Source: Auanema rhodensis (taxonomy: Eukaryota; Animalia; Nematoda). From it: a stretch of DNA of 64,000 nucleotides. Below, piece after piece: positions 10,625 through 24,659 of the stretch (its first letter is position 1; every line of letters starts with the position of its first letter). The notes beneath the pieces are model-generated. The model did no database searches, was not told the DNA's origin, and saw only the letters and a program-made list of their open reading frames with translations. The stretch spans positions 1,116,001 to 1,180,000 of the forward strand of contig OZ059897.1 in assembly GCA_964057225.1 (NCBI GenBank), read 5' to 3'. The translations under genes were made by a program, and so were the position numbers.

Positions 10625-13600
10625 TCACCCTGAAGAATTAATTTTTTCGTTGAATAAAATTGTCCATCGTCTTCGCCTTGAGAAAAGGAATCTAAGAACA
10701 TCTAGTTTTTGTAAAATTATCTTGAAATTTTTCGGGAAAATTTTTGTCAAAATGTTTTTGGAAGCAATGTTGAGTGTACATGGAAACTCAACATACACTA
10801 ATGCATCATTTTTCAAACAATCATAAATAATTTTTGTATTGAGCGTTTCTCAATGTGGTATAGTGCATTCGGAACAAATGTTTAAGCTGCGTCGATCTGT
10901 GTTATCAGATTTGCGCTAGCTTAAAAATGCACCGAGATATCAATTGAAATAAGTTCACACTTATATCTTCGATTTTCACCCTGAAGAATTAATTTTTTCG
11001 TTGAATAACATTGTCCATCGTCTTCGCCTTAAAAAAAAGAATCTAAAAACATCTAGTTTTTGTAAAATTATCTTGAAATTTTTCGGGAAAATTTTTGTCA
11101 AAATGTTTTTGGAAGCAATGTTGAGTGTACATGGAAACTCAACATACACTAATGCATCATTTTTCAAACAATCATAAATAATTTTTGTATTGAGCGTTTA
11201 TCCATGTAGTATAGTGCCTTCGATGCGGATTTTTAAGCTGCGTCGATCTGTGTTATCAGATTTGAGTTAGCTTAAAAATGCACCGAGATATCAACTGATA
11301 TAAGTTCACACTTATATCCTCGATTTTCACCCTGAAGAATTAATTTTTTCGTTGAATAACATTGTCCATCGTCTTCGCCTTAAAAAAAAGAATCTAAAAA
11401 CATCTAGTTTTTGTAAAATTATCTTGAAATTTTTCGGGAAAATTTTTGTCAAAATGTTTTTGGAAGCAATGTTGAGTGTACATGGAAACTCAACATACAC
11501 TAATGCATCATTTTTCAAACAATCATAAATAATTTTTGTATTGAGCGTTTTTCAATGTAGTATAATGCATTCGATGCGGATTTTTAAGTTGCGTCGATCT
11601 GTGTTATCAGATTTGAGTTAGCTTAAAAATGCACCGAGATATCAACTGATATAAGTTCACACTTATATCCTCGATTTTAACCCTGAAGAATTAATTTTTT
11701 CGTTGAAAAACATTGTCCATGGTCTTCGCCTTAAAAAAAGGAAATTAGAAACATTTACTTTCTGTAAAATTATCTTGAAATTTTTCGGGATAATTTTTGT
11801 CAAAATGTTTTTGGAAGCAATGTTGAGTGTACATGGAAACTCAACATACACTAATGCATCATTTTTCAAACAATCATAAATAATTTTTGTATTGAGCGTT
11901 TCTTAATGTATTATAGTGCATTCGGTGCGGATTTCTAAGCTGCGTCGATCTGTGTTATTAGATTTGCGCTAGCTTAAAAATGCACCGAGATATCAACTGA
12001 TATAAGTTCACACTTATATCCTCGATTTTCACCCTGAAGAATTAATTTTTTCGTTGAATAAAATTGTCCATCGTCTTCGCAATAAGAAAAGGAATCTGAG
12101 AACATCTAGTTTTTGTAAAATTATCTTGAAATATTTCGGGATAATTTTTGTCAAAATGTTTTTGGAAGCAATGTTGAGTGTACATGGAAACTCAACATAC
12201 ACTAATGCATCATTTTTCAAACAATCATAAATAATTTTTGTATTGAGCGTTTCTCAATGTAGTATAGTGCATTCGATGCGGATTTTCAAGCTGCGTCGAT
12301 CTGTGTTATCAGATTTGCGCCAGCTTAAAAATGCACCCAGATATCAACTGATATAAATTCACACTTATATCCTCGATTTTCACCCTGAAGAGTTAATTTT
12401 TTCGTTGAATAACATTGTCCATCGTCTTCGCCTTAAGAAAAGGAATCTAAAAACATATACTTTTCGTGAAATTATCTTGAAATTTTTCGGGAAAATTTTT
12501 GTCAAAATGTTTTTGGAAGCAATGTTGAGTGTACATGGAAACTCAACATACACTAATGCATCATTTTTCAAACAATCATAAATAATTTTTGTATTGAGCT
12601 TTTCTCAATGTAGTATAATGCTTTCGATGCGGATTTTTAAGCTGCGTCGATCTGTGTTATCAGATTTGCGCTAGCTTAAAAATGCACCGAGATATCAATT
12701 GAAATAAGTTCACACATATATCCTCGATTTTCACCCTGAAGAATTAATTTTTTCGTTAAATAACATTGTCCATCGTCTTCGCCTTGAAAAAAGAAATCTA
12801 AAAACATCTACTTTTCGTAAAAGTATCTTGAAATTTTTTGGGGAAATTTTTGTCAAAATGTTTTTGGAAGCAATGTTGAGTGTACATGGAAACTCAACAT
12901 ACACTAATGCATCATTTTTCAAACGATCATAACTAATTTTTGTATTGAGCGTTTCTTATTGTTGTATAGTGCATTCGATGCGGATTTTTAAGCTGCGTCG
13001 ATCTGTCTTATCCGATTTGCGCTAGCTTAAAAATGCACCGAGATATCAACTGATATAAGTTCACACTTATATCCTCGATTTTCACTCTGAAGAATTAATT
13101 TTTTCGTTGAATAACATTGTCCATCGTCTTCGCCTTAAAAAAAAGAATCTAAAAACATCTACTTTTTGTAAAATTATCTTGAAATTTTTTGGGGAAATTT
13201 TTGTCAAAATGTTTTTGGAAGCAATGTTGAGTGTACATGGAAACTCAACATACACTAATGCATCATTTTTCAAACAATCATAAATAATTTTTGTATTGAG
13301 CGTTTTTCAGTGTAGTATAATGCATTCGATGCGGATTTTTAAGCTGCGTCGATCTGTGTTATCAGATTTGAGTTAGCTTAAAAATGCACCGAGATATCAA
13401 CTGATATAAGTTCACACTTATATCCTCGATTTTCACCCTGAAGAATTAATTTTTTCGTTGAAAAACATTGTCCATGGTCTTCGCCTTAAAAAAAGGAAAT
13501 TAGAAACATTTACTTTCTGTAAAATTATCTTGAAATTTTTCGGGATAATTTTTGTCAAAATGTTTTTGGAAGCAATGTTGAGTGTACATGGAAACTCAAC

Positions 13601-15538
13601 ATACACTAATGCATCATTTTTCAAACAATCATAAATAATTTTTGTATTGAGCGTTTCTCAATGTTATATAGTGCATTCGATGCGGATTTTTAAGCTGCGT
13701 CGATCTGTGTTATTAGATTTGAGTTAGCTTAAAAATGCACCGAGATATCAACTGATATAAGTTCACACTTATATCCTCGATTTTCACCCTGAAGAATTAA
13801 TTTTTTCGTTGAATAAAATTGTCCATCGTCTTTGCCTTGAGAAAAGGAATCTAAGAACATCTAGTTTTTGTAAAATTATCTTGAAATTTTTCGGGAAAAT
13901 TTTTGTCAAAATGTTTTTGGAAGCAATGTTGAGTGTACATGGAAACTCAACATACACTAATGCATCATTTTTCAAACAATCATAAATAATTTTTGTATTG
14001 AGCGTTTCTCAATGTGGTATAGTGCATTCGGAACAAATGTTTAAGCTGCGTCGATCTGTGTTATCAGATTTGCGCTAGCTTAAAAATGCACCGAGATATC
14101 AATTGAAATAAGTTCACACTTATATCCTCGATTTTCACCCTGAAGAATTAATTTTTTCGTTGAAAAACATTGTCCATGGTCTTCGCCTTAAAAAAAGGAA
14201 ATTAGAAACATTTACTTTCTGTAAAATTATCTTGAAATTTTTCGGGATAATTTTTGTCAAAATGTTTTTGGAAGCAATGTTGAGTGTACATGGAAACTCA
14301 ACATACACTAATGCATCATTTTTCAAACAATCATAAATAATTTTTGTATTGAGCGTTTTTCAATGTAGTATAATGCATTCGATGCGGATTTTTAAGTTGC
14401 GTCGATCTGTGTTATCAGATTTGAGTTAGCTTAAAAATGCACCGAGATATCAACTGATATAAGTTCACACTTATATCCTCGATTTTAACCCTGAAGAATT
14501 AATTTTTTCGTTGAATAACATTGTCCATCGTCTTCGCCTTGAAAAAAAGAATCTAAAAACATCTAGTTTTTGTAAAATTATCTTGAAATTTTTCGGGATA
14601 ATTTTTGTCAAAATGTTTTTGGAAGCAATGTTGAGTGTACATGGAAACTCAACATACACTAATGCATCATTTTTCAAACAATCATAAATAATTTTTGTAT
14701 TGAGCGTTTCTTAATGTATTATAGTGCATTCGATGCGGATTTCTAAGCTGCGTCGATCTGTGTTATTAGATTTGCGCTAGCTTAAAAATGCACCGAGATA
14801 TCAACTGATATAAGTTCACACTTATATCCTCGATTTTCACCCTGAAGAATTAATTTTTTTGTTGAATAAAATTGTCCATCGTCTTCGCAATAAGAAAAGG
14901 AATTTAAGAACATCTAGTTTTTGTAAAATTATCTTGAAATTTTTCGGGAAAATTTTTGTCAAAATGTTTTTGGAAGCAATGTTGAGTGTACATGGAAACT
15001 CAACATACACTAATGCATCATTTTTCAAACAATCATAAATAATTTTTGTATTGAGCGTTTCTCAATGTGGTATAGTGCATTCGAAACAAATGTTTAAGCT
15101 GCGTCGATCTGTGTTATCAGATTTGCGCTAGCTTAAAAATGCACCGAGATATCAATTGAAATAAGTTCACACTTATATCCTCGATTTTCACCCTGAAGAA
15201 TTAATTTTTTCGTTGAATAACATTGTCCATCGTCTTCGCCTTAAGAAAAGGAATCTAAAAACATATACTTTTCGTGAAATTATCTTGAAATTTTTTGGGG
15301 AAATTTTTGTCAAAATGTTTTTGGAAGCAATGTTGAGTGTACATGGAAACTCAACATACACTAATGCATCATTTTTCAAACGATCATAACTAATTTTTGT
15401 ATTGAGCGTTTCTTAATGTTGTATAGTGCATTCGATGCGGATTTTTAAGCTGCGTCGATCTGTCTTATCCGATTTGCGCTAGCTTAAAAATGCACCGAGA
15501 TATCAATTGAAATAAGTTCACACTTATATCCTCGATTT

Positions 15539-18500
15539 TCACCCTGAAGAATTAATTTTTTCGTTGAATAACATTGTCCATCGTCTTCGCCTTAAGAAAA
15601 GGAATCTAAAAACATATACTTTTCGTGAAATTATCTTGAAATTTTTTGGGGAAATTTTTGTCAAAATGTTTTTGGAAGCAATGTTGAGTGTACATGGAAA
15701 CTCAACATACACTAATGCATCATTTTTCAAACGATCATAACTAATTTTTGTATTGAGCGTTTCTCAATGTGGTATAGTGCATTCGAAACAAATGTTTAAG
15801 CTGCGTCGATCTGTGTTATCAGATTTGCGCTAGCTTAAAAATGCACCGAGATATCAATTGAAATAAGTTCACACTTATATCCTCGATTTTCACCCTGAAG
15901 AATTAATTTTTTCGTTGAATAACATTGTCCATCGTCTTCGCCTTAAGAAAAGGAATCTAAAAACATATACTTTTCGTGAAATTATCTTGAAATTTTTTGG
16001 GGAAATTTTTGTCAAAATGTTTTTGGAAGCAATGTTGAGTGTACATGGAAACTCAACATACACTAATGCATCATTTTTCAAACGATCATAACTAATTTTT
16101 GTATTGAGCGTTTCTCAATGTGGTATAGTGCATTCGAAACAAATGTTTAAGCTGCGTCGATCTGTGTTATCAGATTTGCGCTAGCTTAAAAATGCACCGA
16201 GATATCAATTGAAATAAGTTCACACTTATATCCTCGATTTTCACCCTGAAGAATTAATTTTTTCGTTGAATAACATTGTCCATCGTCTTCGCCTTAAGAA
16301 AAGGAATCTAAAAACATATACTTTTCGTGAAATTATCTTGAAATTTTTTGGGGAAATTTTTGTCAAAATGTTTTTGGAAGCAATGTTGAGTGTACATGGA
16401 AACTCAACATACACTAATGCATCATTTTTCAAACAATCATAAATAATTTTTGTATTGAGCGTTTCTCAATGTGGTATAGTGCATTCGAAACAAATGTTTA
16501 AGCTGCGTCGATCTGTGTTATCAGATTTGCGCTAGCTTAAAAATGCACCGAGATATCAATTGAAATAAGTTCACACTTATATCCTCGATTTTCACCCTGA
16601 AGAATTAATTTTTTCGTTGAATAACATTGTCCATCGTCTTCGCCTTAAGAAAAGGAATCTAAAAACATATACTTTTCGTGAAATTATCTTGAAATTTTTT
16701 GGGGAAATTTTTGTCAAAATGTTTTTGGAAGCAATGTTGAGTGTACATGGAAACTCAACATACACTAATGCATCATTTTTCAAACGATCATAACTAATTT
16801 TTGTATTGAGCGTTTCTCAATGTGGTATAGTGCATTCGAAACAAATGTTTAAGCTGCGTCGATCTGTGTTATCAGATTTGAGTTAGCTTAAAAATGCACC
16901 GAGATATCAACTGATATAAGTTCACACTTATATCCTCGATTTTCACCCTGAAGAATTAATTTTTTCGTTGAAAAACATTGTCCATGGTCTTCGCCTTAAA
17001 AAAAGGAAATTAGAAACATTTACTTTCTGTAAAATTATCTTGAAATTTTTCGGGATAATTTTTGTCAAAATGTTTTTGGAAGCAATGTTGAGTGTACATG
17101 GAAACTCAACATACACTAATGCATCATTTTTCAAACAATCATAAATAATTTTTGTATTGAGCGTTTTTCAATGTAGTATAATGCATTCGATGCGGATTTT
17201 TAAGTTGCGTCGATCTGTGTTATCAGATTTGAGTTAGCTTAAAAATGCACCGAGATATCAACTGATATAAGTTCACACTTATATCCTCGATTTTAACCCT
17301 GAAGAATTAATTTTTTCGTTGAATAACATTGTCCATCGTCTTCGCCTTGAAAAAAAGAATCTAAAAACATCTAGTTTTTGTAAAATTATCTTGAAATTTT
17401 TCGGGATAATTTTTGTCAAAATGTTTTTGGAAGCAATGTTGAGTGTACATGGAAACTCAACATACACTAATGCATCATTTTTCAAACAATCATAAATAAT
17501 TTTTGTATTGAGCGTTTCTTAATGTATTATAGTGCATTCGATGCGGATTTCTAAGCTGCGTCGATCTGTGTTATTAGATTTGCGCTAGCTTAAAAATGCA
17601 CCGAGATATCAACTGATATAAGTTCACACTTATATCCTCGATTTTCACCCTGAAGAATTAATTTTTTCGTTGAATAACATTGTCCATCGTCTTCGCCTTA
17701 AGAAAAGGAATCTAAAAACATATACTTTTCGTGAAATTATCTTGAAATTTTTTGGGGAAATTTTTGTCAAAATGTTTTTGGAAGCAATGTTGAGTGTACA
17801 TGGAAACTCAACATACACTAATGCATCATTTTTCAAACGATCATAACTAATTTTTGTATTGAGCGTTTCTCAATGTGGTATAGTGCATTCGAAACAAATG
17901 TTTAAGCTGCGTCGATCTGTGTTATCAGATTTGCGCTAGCTTAAAAATGCACCGAGATATCAATTGAAATAAGTTCACACTTATATCCTCGATTTTCACC
18001 CTGAAGAATTAATTTTTTCGTTGAATAACATTGTCCATCGTCTTCGCCTTAAGAAAAGGAATCTAAAAACATATACTTTTCGTGAAATTATCTTGAAATT
18101 TTTTGGGGAAATTTTTGTCAAAATGTTTTTGGAAGCAATGTTGAGTGTACATGGAAACTCAACATACACTAATGCATCATTTTTCAAACGATCATAACTA
18201 ATTTTTGTATTGAGCGTTTCTCAATGTGGTATAGTGCATTCGAAACAAATGTTTAAGCTGCGTCGATCTGTGTTATCAGATTTGCGCTAGCTTAAAAATG
18301 CACCGAGATATCAATTGAAATAAGTTCACACTTATATCCTCGATTTTCACCCTGAAGAAGTAATTTTTTCGTTGAATAACATTGTCCATCGTCTTCGCCT
18401 TAAGAAAAGGAATCTAAAAACATATACTTTTCGTGAAATTATCTTGAAATTTTTTGGGGAAATTTTTGTCAAAATGTTTTTGGAAGCAATGTTGAGTGTA

Positions 18501-19750
18501 CATGGAAACTCAACATACACTAATGCATCATTTTTCAAACAATCATAAATAATTTTTGTATTGAGCGTTTCTCAATGTGGTATAGTGCATTCGAAACAAA
18601 TGTTTAAGCTGCGTCGATCTGTGTTATCAGATTTGCGCTAGCTTAAAAATGCACCGAGATATCAATTGAAATAAGTTCACACTTATATCCTCGATTTTCA
18701 CCCTGAAGAATTAATTTTTTCGTTGAATAACATTGTCCATCGTCTTCGCCTTAAGAAAAGGAATCTAAAAACATATACTTTTCGTGAAATTATCTTGAAA
18801 TTTTTTGGGGAAATTTTTGTCAAAATGTTTTTGGAAGCAATGTTGAGTGTACATGGAAACTCAACATACACTAATGCATCATTTTTCAAACGATCATAAC
18901 TAATTTTTGTATTGAGCGTTTCTCAATGTGGTATAGTGCATTCGAAACAAATGTTTAAGCTGCGTCGATCTGTGTTATCAGATTTGAGTTAGCTTAAAAA
19001 TGCACCGAGATATCAACTGATATAAGTTCACACTTATATCCTCGATTTTCACCCTGAAGAATTAATTTTTTCGTTGAAAAACATTGTCCATGGTCTTCGC
19101 CTTAAAAAAAGGAAATTAGAAACATTTACTTTCTGTAAAATTATCTTGAAATTTTTCGGGATAATTTTTGTCAAAATGTTTTTGGAAGCAATGTTGAGTG
19201 TACATGGAAACTCAACATACACTAATGCATCATTTTTCAAACAATCATAAATAATTTTTGTATTGAGCGTTTTTCAATGTAGTATAATGCATTCGATGCG
19301 GATTTTTAAGTTGCGTCGATCTGTGTTATCAGATTTGAGTTAGCTTAAAAATGCACCGAGATATCAACTGATATAAGTTCACACTTATATCCTCGATTTT
19401 AACCCTGAAGAATTAATTTTTTCGTTGAATAACATTGTCCATCGTCTTCGCCTTGAAAAAAAGAATCTAAAAACATCTAGTTTTTGTAAAATTATCTTGA
19501 AATTTTTCGGGATAATTTTTGTCAAAATGTTTTTGGAAGCAATGTTGAGTGTACATGGAAACTCAACATACACTAATGCATCATTTTTCAAACAATCATA
19601 AATAATTTTTGTATTGAGCGTTTCTTAATGTATTATAGTGCATTCGATGCGGATTTCTAAGCTGCGTCGATCTGTGTTATTAGATTTGCGCTAGCTTAAA
19701 AATGCACCGAGATATCAACTGATATAAGTTCACACTTATATCCTCGATTT
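15539..19750. repeat. 6-mer tandem duplication (2,106 bp) containing runs of near-identical monomers
   Basis: 16943 matches 19049 and 17279 matches 19385. Four near-identical monomers precede each pair. Confidence 0.82.
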
Positions 19751-21153
19751 TCACCCTGAAGAATTAATTTTTTTGTTGAATAAAATTGTCCATCGTCTTC
19801 GCAATAAGAAAAGGAATTTAAGAACATCTAGTTTTTGTAAAATTATCTTGAAATTTTTCGGGAAAATTTTTGTCAAAATGTTTTTGGAAGCAATGTTGAG
19901 TGTACATGGAAACTCAACATACACTAATGCATCATTTTTCAAACAATCATAAATAATTTTTGTATTGAGCGTTTCTCAATGTGGTATAGTGCATTCGAAA
20001 CAAATGTTTAAGCTGCGTCGATCTGTGTTATCAGATTTGCGCTAGCTTAAAAATGCACCGAGATATCAATTGAAATAAGTTCACACTTATATCCTCGATT
20101 TTCACCCTGAAGAATTAATTTTTTCGTTGATTAACATTGTCCATCGTTTTTGCCTTGAAAAAGAAATCTAAAAACATCTACTTTTCGTAAAATTATCTTG
20201 AATTTTTTCAGGAAAATTTTTGTCAAAATGTTTTTGGAAGCAATGTTAAGTGTACATGGAAACTCAACATACACTAATGCATCATTTTTCAAACGATCAT
20301 AACTTATTTTTGTATTGAGCGTTTCTTAATGTATTATAGTGCATTCGATGCGGATTTTTAAGCTGCGTCGATCTGTCTTATCAGATTTGCGCTAGCTTAA
20401 AAATGCACCAAGATATCAACTGATATAAGTTCACACTTATATCCTCGATTTTCACCCTGAAGAATTAATTTTTTCGTTGAATAACATTGTCCATCGTCTT
20501 CGCCTTAAGAAAAGGAATCTAAAAACATATACTTTTCGTGAAATTATCTTGAAATTTTTTGGGGAAATTTTTGTCAAAATGTTTTTGGAAGCAATGTTGA
20601 GTGTACATGGAAACTCAACATACACTAATGCATCATTTTTCAAACCATCATAACTAATTTTTGTATTGAGCGTTTCTTAATGTGGTATAGTGCATTCGAA
20701 ACAAATGTTTAAGCTGCGTCGATCTGTGTTATCAGATTTGCGCTAGCTTAAAAATGCACCGAGATATCAACTGATATAAGTTCACACTTATATCCTCGAT
20801 TTTCACCCTGAAGAATTAATTTTTTCGTTGAATAACATTGTCCATCGTCTTCGCCTTAAGAAAAGGAATCTAAAAACATATACTTTTCGTGAAATTATCT
20901 TGAAATTTTTCGGGATAATTTTTGTCAAAATGTTTTTGGAAGCAATGTTGAGTGTACATGGAAACTCAACATACACTAATGCATCATTTTTCAAACCATC
21001 ATAACTAATTTTTGTATTGAGCGTTTCTTAATGTTGTATAGTGCATTCGATGCGGATTTTTAAGCTGCGTCGATCTGTCTTATCCGATTTGAGTTAGCTT
21101 AAAAATGCACCGAGATATCAACTGATATAAGTTCACACTTATATCCTCGATTT

Positions 21154-24100
21154 TCACCCTGAAGAATTAATTTTTTCGTTGAATAACATTGTCCATCGTC
21201 TTTGCCTTGAAAAAAGGAATCTAAAAACATCTACTTTTTGCTAAATTATTTTGAAATTTTTCGAAAAAATTTTTGTCAAAATGTATTTAAGCAATGTTGA
21301 GTGTACATGGAAACTCAACATACACTAATGCATCATTTTTCAAACAATCATAAATAATTTTTGTATTGAGCGTTTTTCAATGTAGTATAATGCATTCGAT
21401 GCGGATTTTTAAGCTGCGTCGATCTGTGTTATCAGATTTGAGTTAGCTTAAAAATGCACCGAGATATCAACTGATATAAGTTCACACTTATATCCTCGAT
21501 TTTCACCCTGAAGAATTAATTTTTTCGTTGAAAAACATTGTCCATGGTCTTCGCCTTAAAAAAAGGAAATTAGAAACATTTACTTTCTGTAAAATTATCT
21601 TGAAATTTTTCGGGATAATTTTTGTCAAAATGTTTTTGGAAGCAATGTTGAGTGTACATGGAAACTCAACATACACTAATGCATCTTTTTTCAAACAATC
21701 ATAAATAATTTTTGTATTGAGCGTTTATCAATGTAGTATAGTGCATTCGATGCGAATTTTTAAGCTGCGTCGATCTGTGTTATTAGATTTGAGTTAGCTT
21801 AAAAATGCACCGAGATATCAACTGATATAAGTTCACACTTATATCCTCGATTTTCACCCTGAAGAATTAATTTTTTCGTTGAAAAACATTGTCCATGGTC
21901 TTCGCCTTAAAAAAAGGAAATTAGAAACATTTACTTTCTGTAAAATTATCTTGAAATTTTTCGGGATAATTTTTGTCAAAATGTTTTTGGAAGCAATGTT
22001 GAGTGTACATGGAAACTCAACATACACTAATGCATCATTTTTCAAACAATCATAAATAATTTTTGTATTGAGCGTTTCTCAATGTTATATAGCGCATTCG
22101 ATGCGGATTTTTAAGCTGCGTCGATCTGTGTTATTAGATTTGAGTTAGCTTAAAAATGCACCGAGATATCAACTGATATAAGTTCACACTTACATCCTCG
22201 ATTTTCACCCTGAAGAATTAATTTTTTCGTTGAATAAAATTGTCCATCGTCTTCGCCTTGAGAAAAGGAATCTAAGAACATCTAGTTTTTGTAAAATTAT
22301 CTTGAAATTTTTCGGGAAAATTTTTGTCAAAATGTTTTTGGAAGCAATGTTGAGTGTACATGGAAACTCAACATACACTAATGCATCATTTTTCAAACAA
22401 TCATAAATAATTTTTGTATTGAGCGTTTCTCAATGTGGTATAGTGCATTCGGAACAAATGTTTAAGCTGCGTCGATCTGTGTTATCAGATTTGCGCTAGC
22501 TTAAAAATGCACCGAGATATCAATTGAAATAAGTTCACACTTATATCCTCGATTTTCACCCTGAAGAATTAATTTTTTCGTTGAATAACATTGTCCATCG
22601 TCTTCGCCTTAAAAAAAAGAATCTAAAAACATCTACTTTTTGTAAAATTATCTTGAAATTTTTTGGGGAAATTTTTGTCAAAATGTTTTTGGAAGCAATG
22701 TTGAGTGTACATGGAAACTCAACATACACTAATGCATCATTTTTCAAACAATCATAAATAATTTTTGTATTGAGCGTTTCTCAATGTAGTATAGTGCATT
22801 CGAAACGGATTTTCAAGCTGCGTCGATCTGTGTTATTAGATTTGAGTTAGCTTAAAAATGCACCGAGATATCAACTGATATAAGTTCACACTTACATCCT
22901 CGATTTTCACCCTGAAGAATTAATTTTTTCGTTGAATAAAATTGTCCATCGTCTTTGCCTTGAAAAAAGGAATCTAAAAACATCTACTTTTTGCTAAATT
23001 ATTTTGAAATTTTTCGAAAAAATTTTTGTCAAAATGTATTTAAGCAATGTTGAGTGTACATGGAAACTCAACATACACTAATGCATCATTTTTCAAACAA
23101 TCATAAATAATTTTTGTATTGAGCGTTTTTCAATGTAGTATAATGCATTCGATGCGGATTTTTAAGCTGCGTCGATCTGTGTTATTAGATTTGAGTTAGC
23201 TTAAAAATGCACCGAGATATCAACTGATATAAGTTCACACTTATATCCTCGATTTTCACCCTGAAGAATTAATTTTTTCGTTGAAAAACATTGTCCATGG
23301 TCTTCGCCTTAAAAAAAGGAAATTAGAAACATTTACTTTCTGTAAAATTATCTTGAAATTTTTCGGGATAATTTTTGTCAAAATGTTTTTGGAAGCAATG
23401 TTGAGTGTACATGGAAACTCAACATACACTAATGCATCTTTTTTCAAACAATCATAAATAATTTTTGTATTGAGCGTTTATCAATGTAGTATAGTGCATT
23501 CGATGCGAATTTTTAAGCTGCGTCGATCTGTGTTATTAGATTTGAGTTAGCTTAAAAATGCACCGAGATATCAACTGATATAAGTTCACACTTATATCCT
23601 CGATTTTCACCCTGAAGAATTAATTTTTTCGTTGAAAAACATTGTCCATGGTCTTCGCCTTAAAAAAAGGAAATTAGAAACATTTACTTTCTGTAAAATT
23701 ATCTTGAAATTTTTCGGGATAATTTTTGTCAAAATGTTTTTGGAAGCAATGTTGAGTGTACATGGAAACTCAACATACACTAATGCATCATTTTTCAAAC
23801 AATCATAAATAATTTTTGTATTGAGCGTTTCTCAATGTTATATAGTGCATTCGATGCGGATTTTTAAGCTGCGTCGATCTGTGTTATTAGATTTGAGTTC
23901 GCTTAAAAATGCACCGAGATATCAACTGATATAAGTTCACACTTACATCCTCGATTTTCACCCTGAAGAATTAATTTTTTCGTTGAATAAAATTGTCCAT
24001 CGTCTTCGCCTTGAGAAAAGGAATCTAAGAACATCTAGTTTTTGTAAAATTATCTTGAAATTTTTCGGGAAAATTTTTGTCAAAATGTTTTTGGAAGCAA

Positions 24101-24659
24101 TGTTGAGTGTACATGGAAACTCAACATACACTAATGCATCATTTTTCAAACAATCATAAATAATTTTTGTATTGAGCGTTTTTCAATGTAGTATAATGCA
24201 TTCGATGCGGATTTTTAAGCTGCGTCGATCTGTGTTATCAGATTTGAGTTAGCTTAAAAATGCACCGAGATATCAACTGATATAAGTTCACACTTATATC
24301 CTCGATTTTCACCCTGAAGAATTAATTTTTTCGTTGAATAACATTGTCCATCGTCTTCGCCTTAAAAAAAAGAATCTAAAAACATCTACTTTTTGTAAAA
24401 TTATCTTGAAATTTTTTGGGGAAATTTTTGTCAAAATGTTTTTGGAAGCAATGTTGAGTGTACATGGAAACTCAACATACACTAATGCATCATTTTTCAA
24501 ACAATCATAAATAATTTTTGTATTGAGCGTTTCTCAATGTAGTATAGTGCATTCGAAACGGATTTTCAAGCTGCGTCGATCTGTGTTATCAGATTTGCGC
24601 TAGCTTAAAAATGCACCGAGATATCAACTGATATAAGTTCACACTTATATCCTCGATTT
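21154..24659. repeat. 5-mer tandem duplication (1,753 bp) marked by a 349-bp monomer
   Basis: The 2-bp-deleted motif ATGTATTTAAGC occurs at 21281 and 23034. Units 21503/21854/22205/22556 recur at 23256/23607/23958/24309. Confidence 0.88.

Larger units (their letters stand above)
3255..15538. repeat. Higher-order repeat in domain A, offset 7,019 bp (20 monomers minus 1 bp)
   Basis: Rare-variant units 4644/5010/5361/5712/6063/6765 recur at 11663/12029/12380/12731/13082/13784. Markers: CGGTGCGGATTTCT, AAATATTTCGG, GCGCCAGC..CACCCAGA and CACACATAT. Confidence 0.88.
1..24600. repeat. Subfamily domain A
   Basis: Diagnostic variants are concentrated here: CATCTAGTTT, GGGATAATT, TTTGAGTTAGC, CAATTGAAAT, CCATGGTC...GGAAATTAGAAAC and GCAATAAG. 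They are essentially absent beyond ~25.3 kb. Confidence 0.85.
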
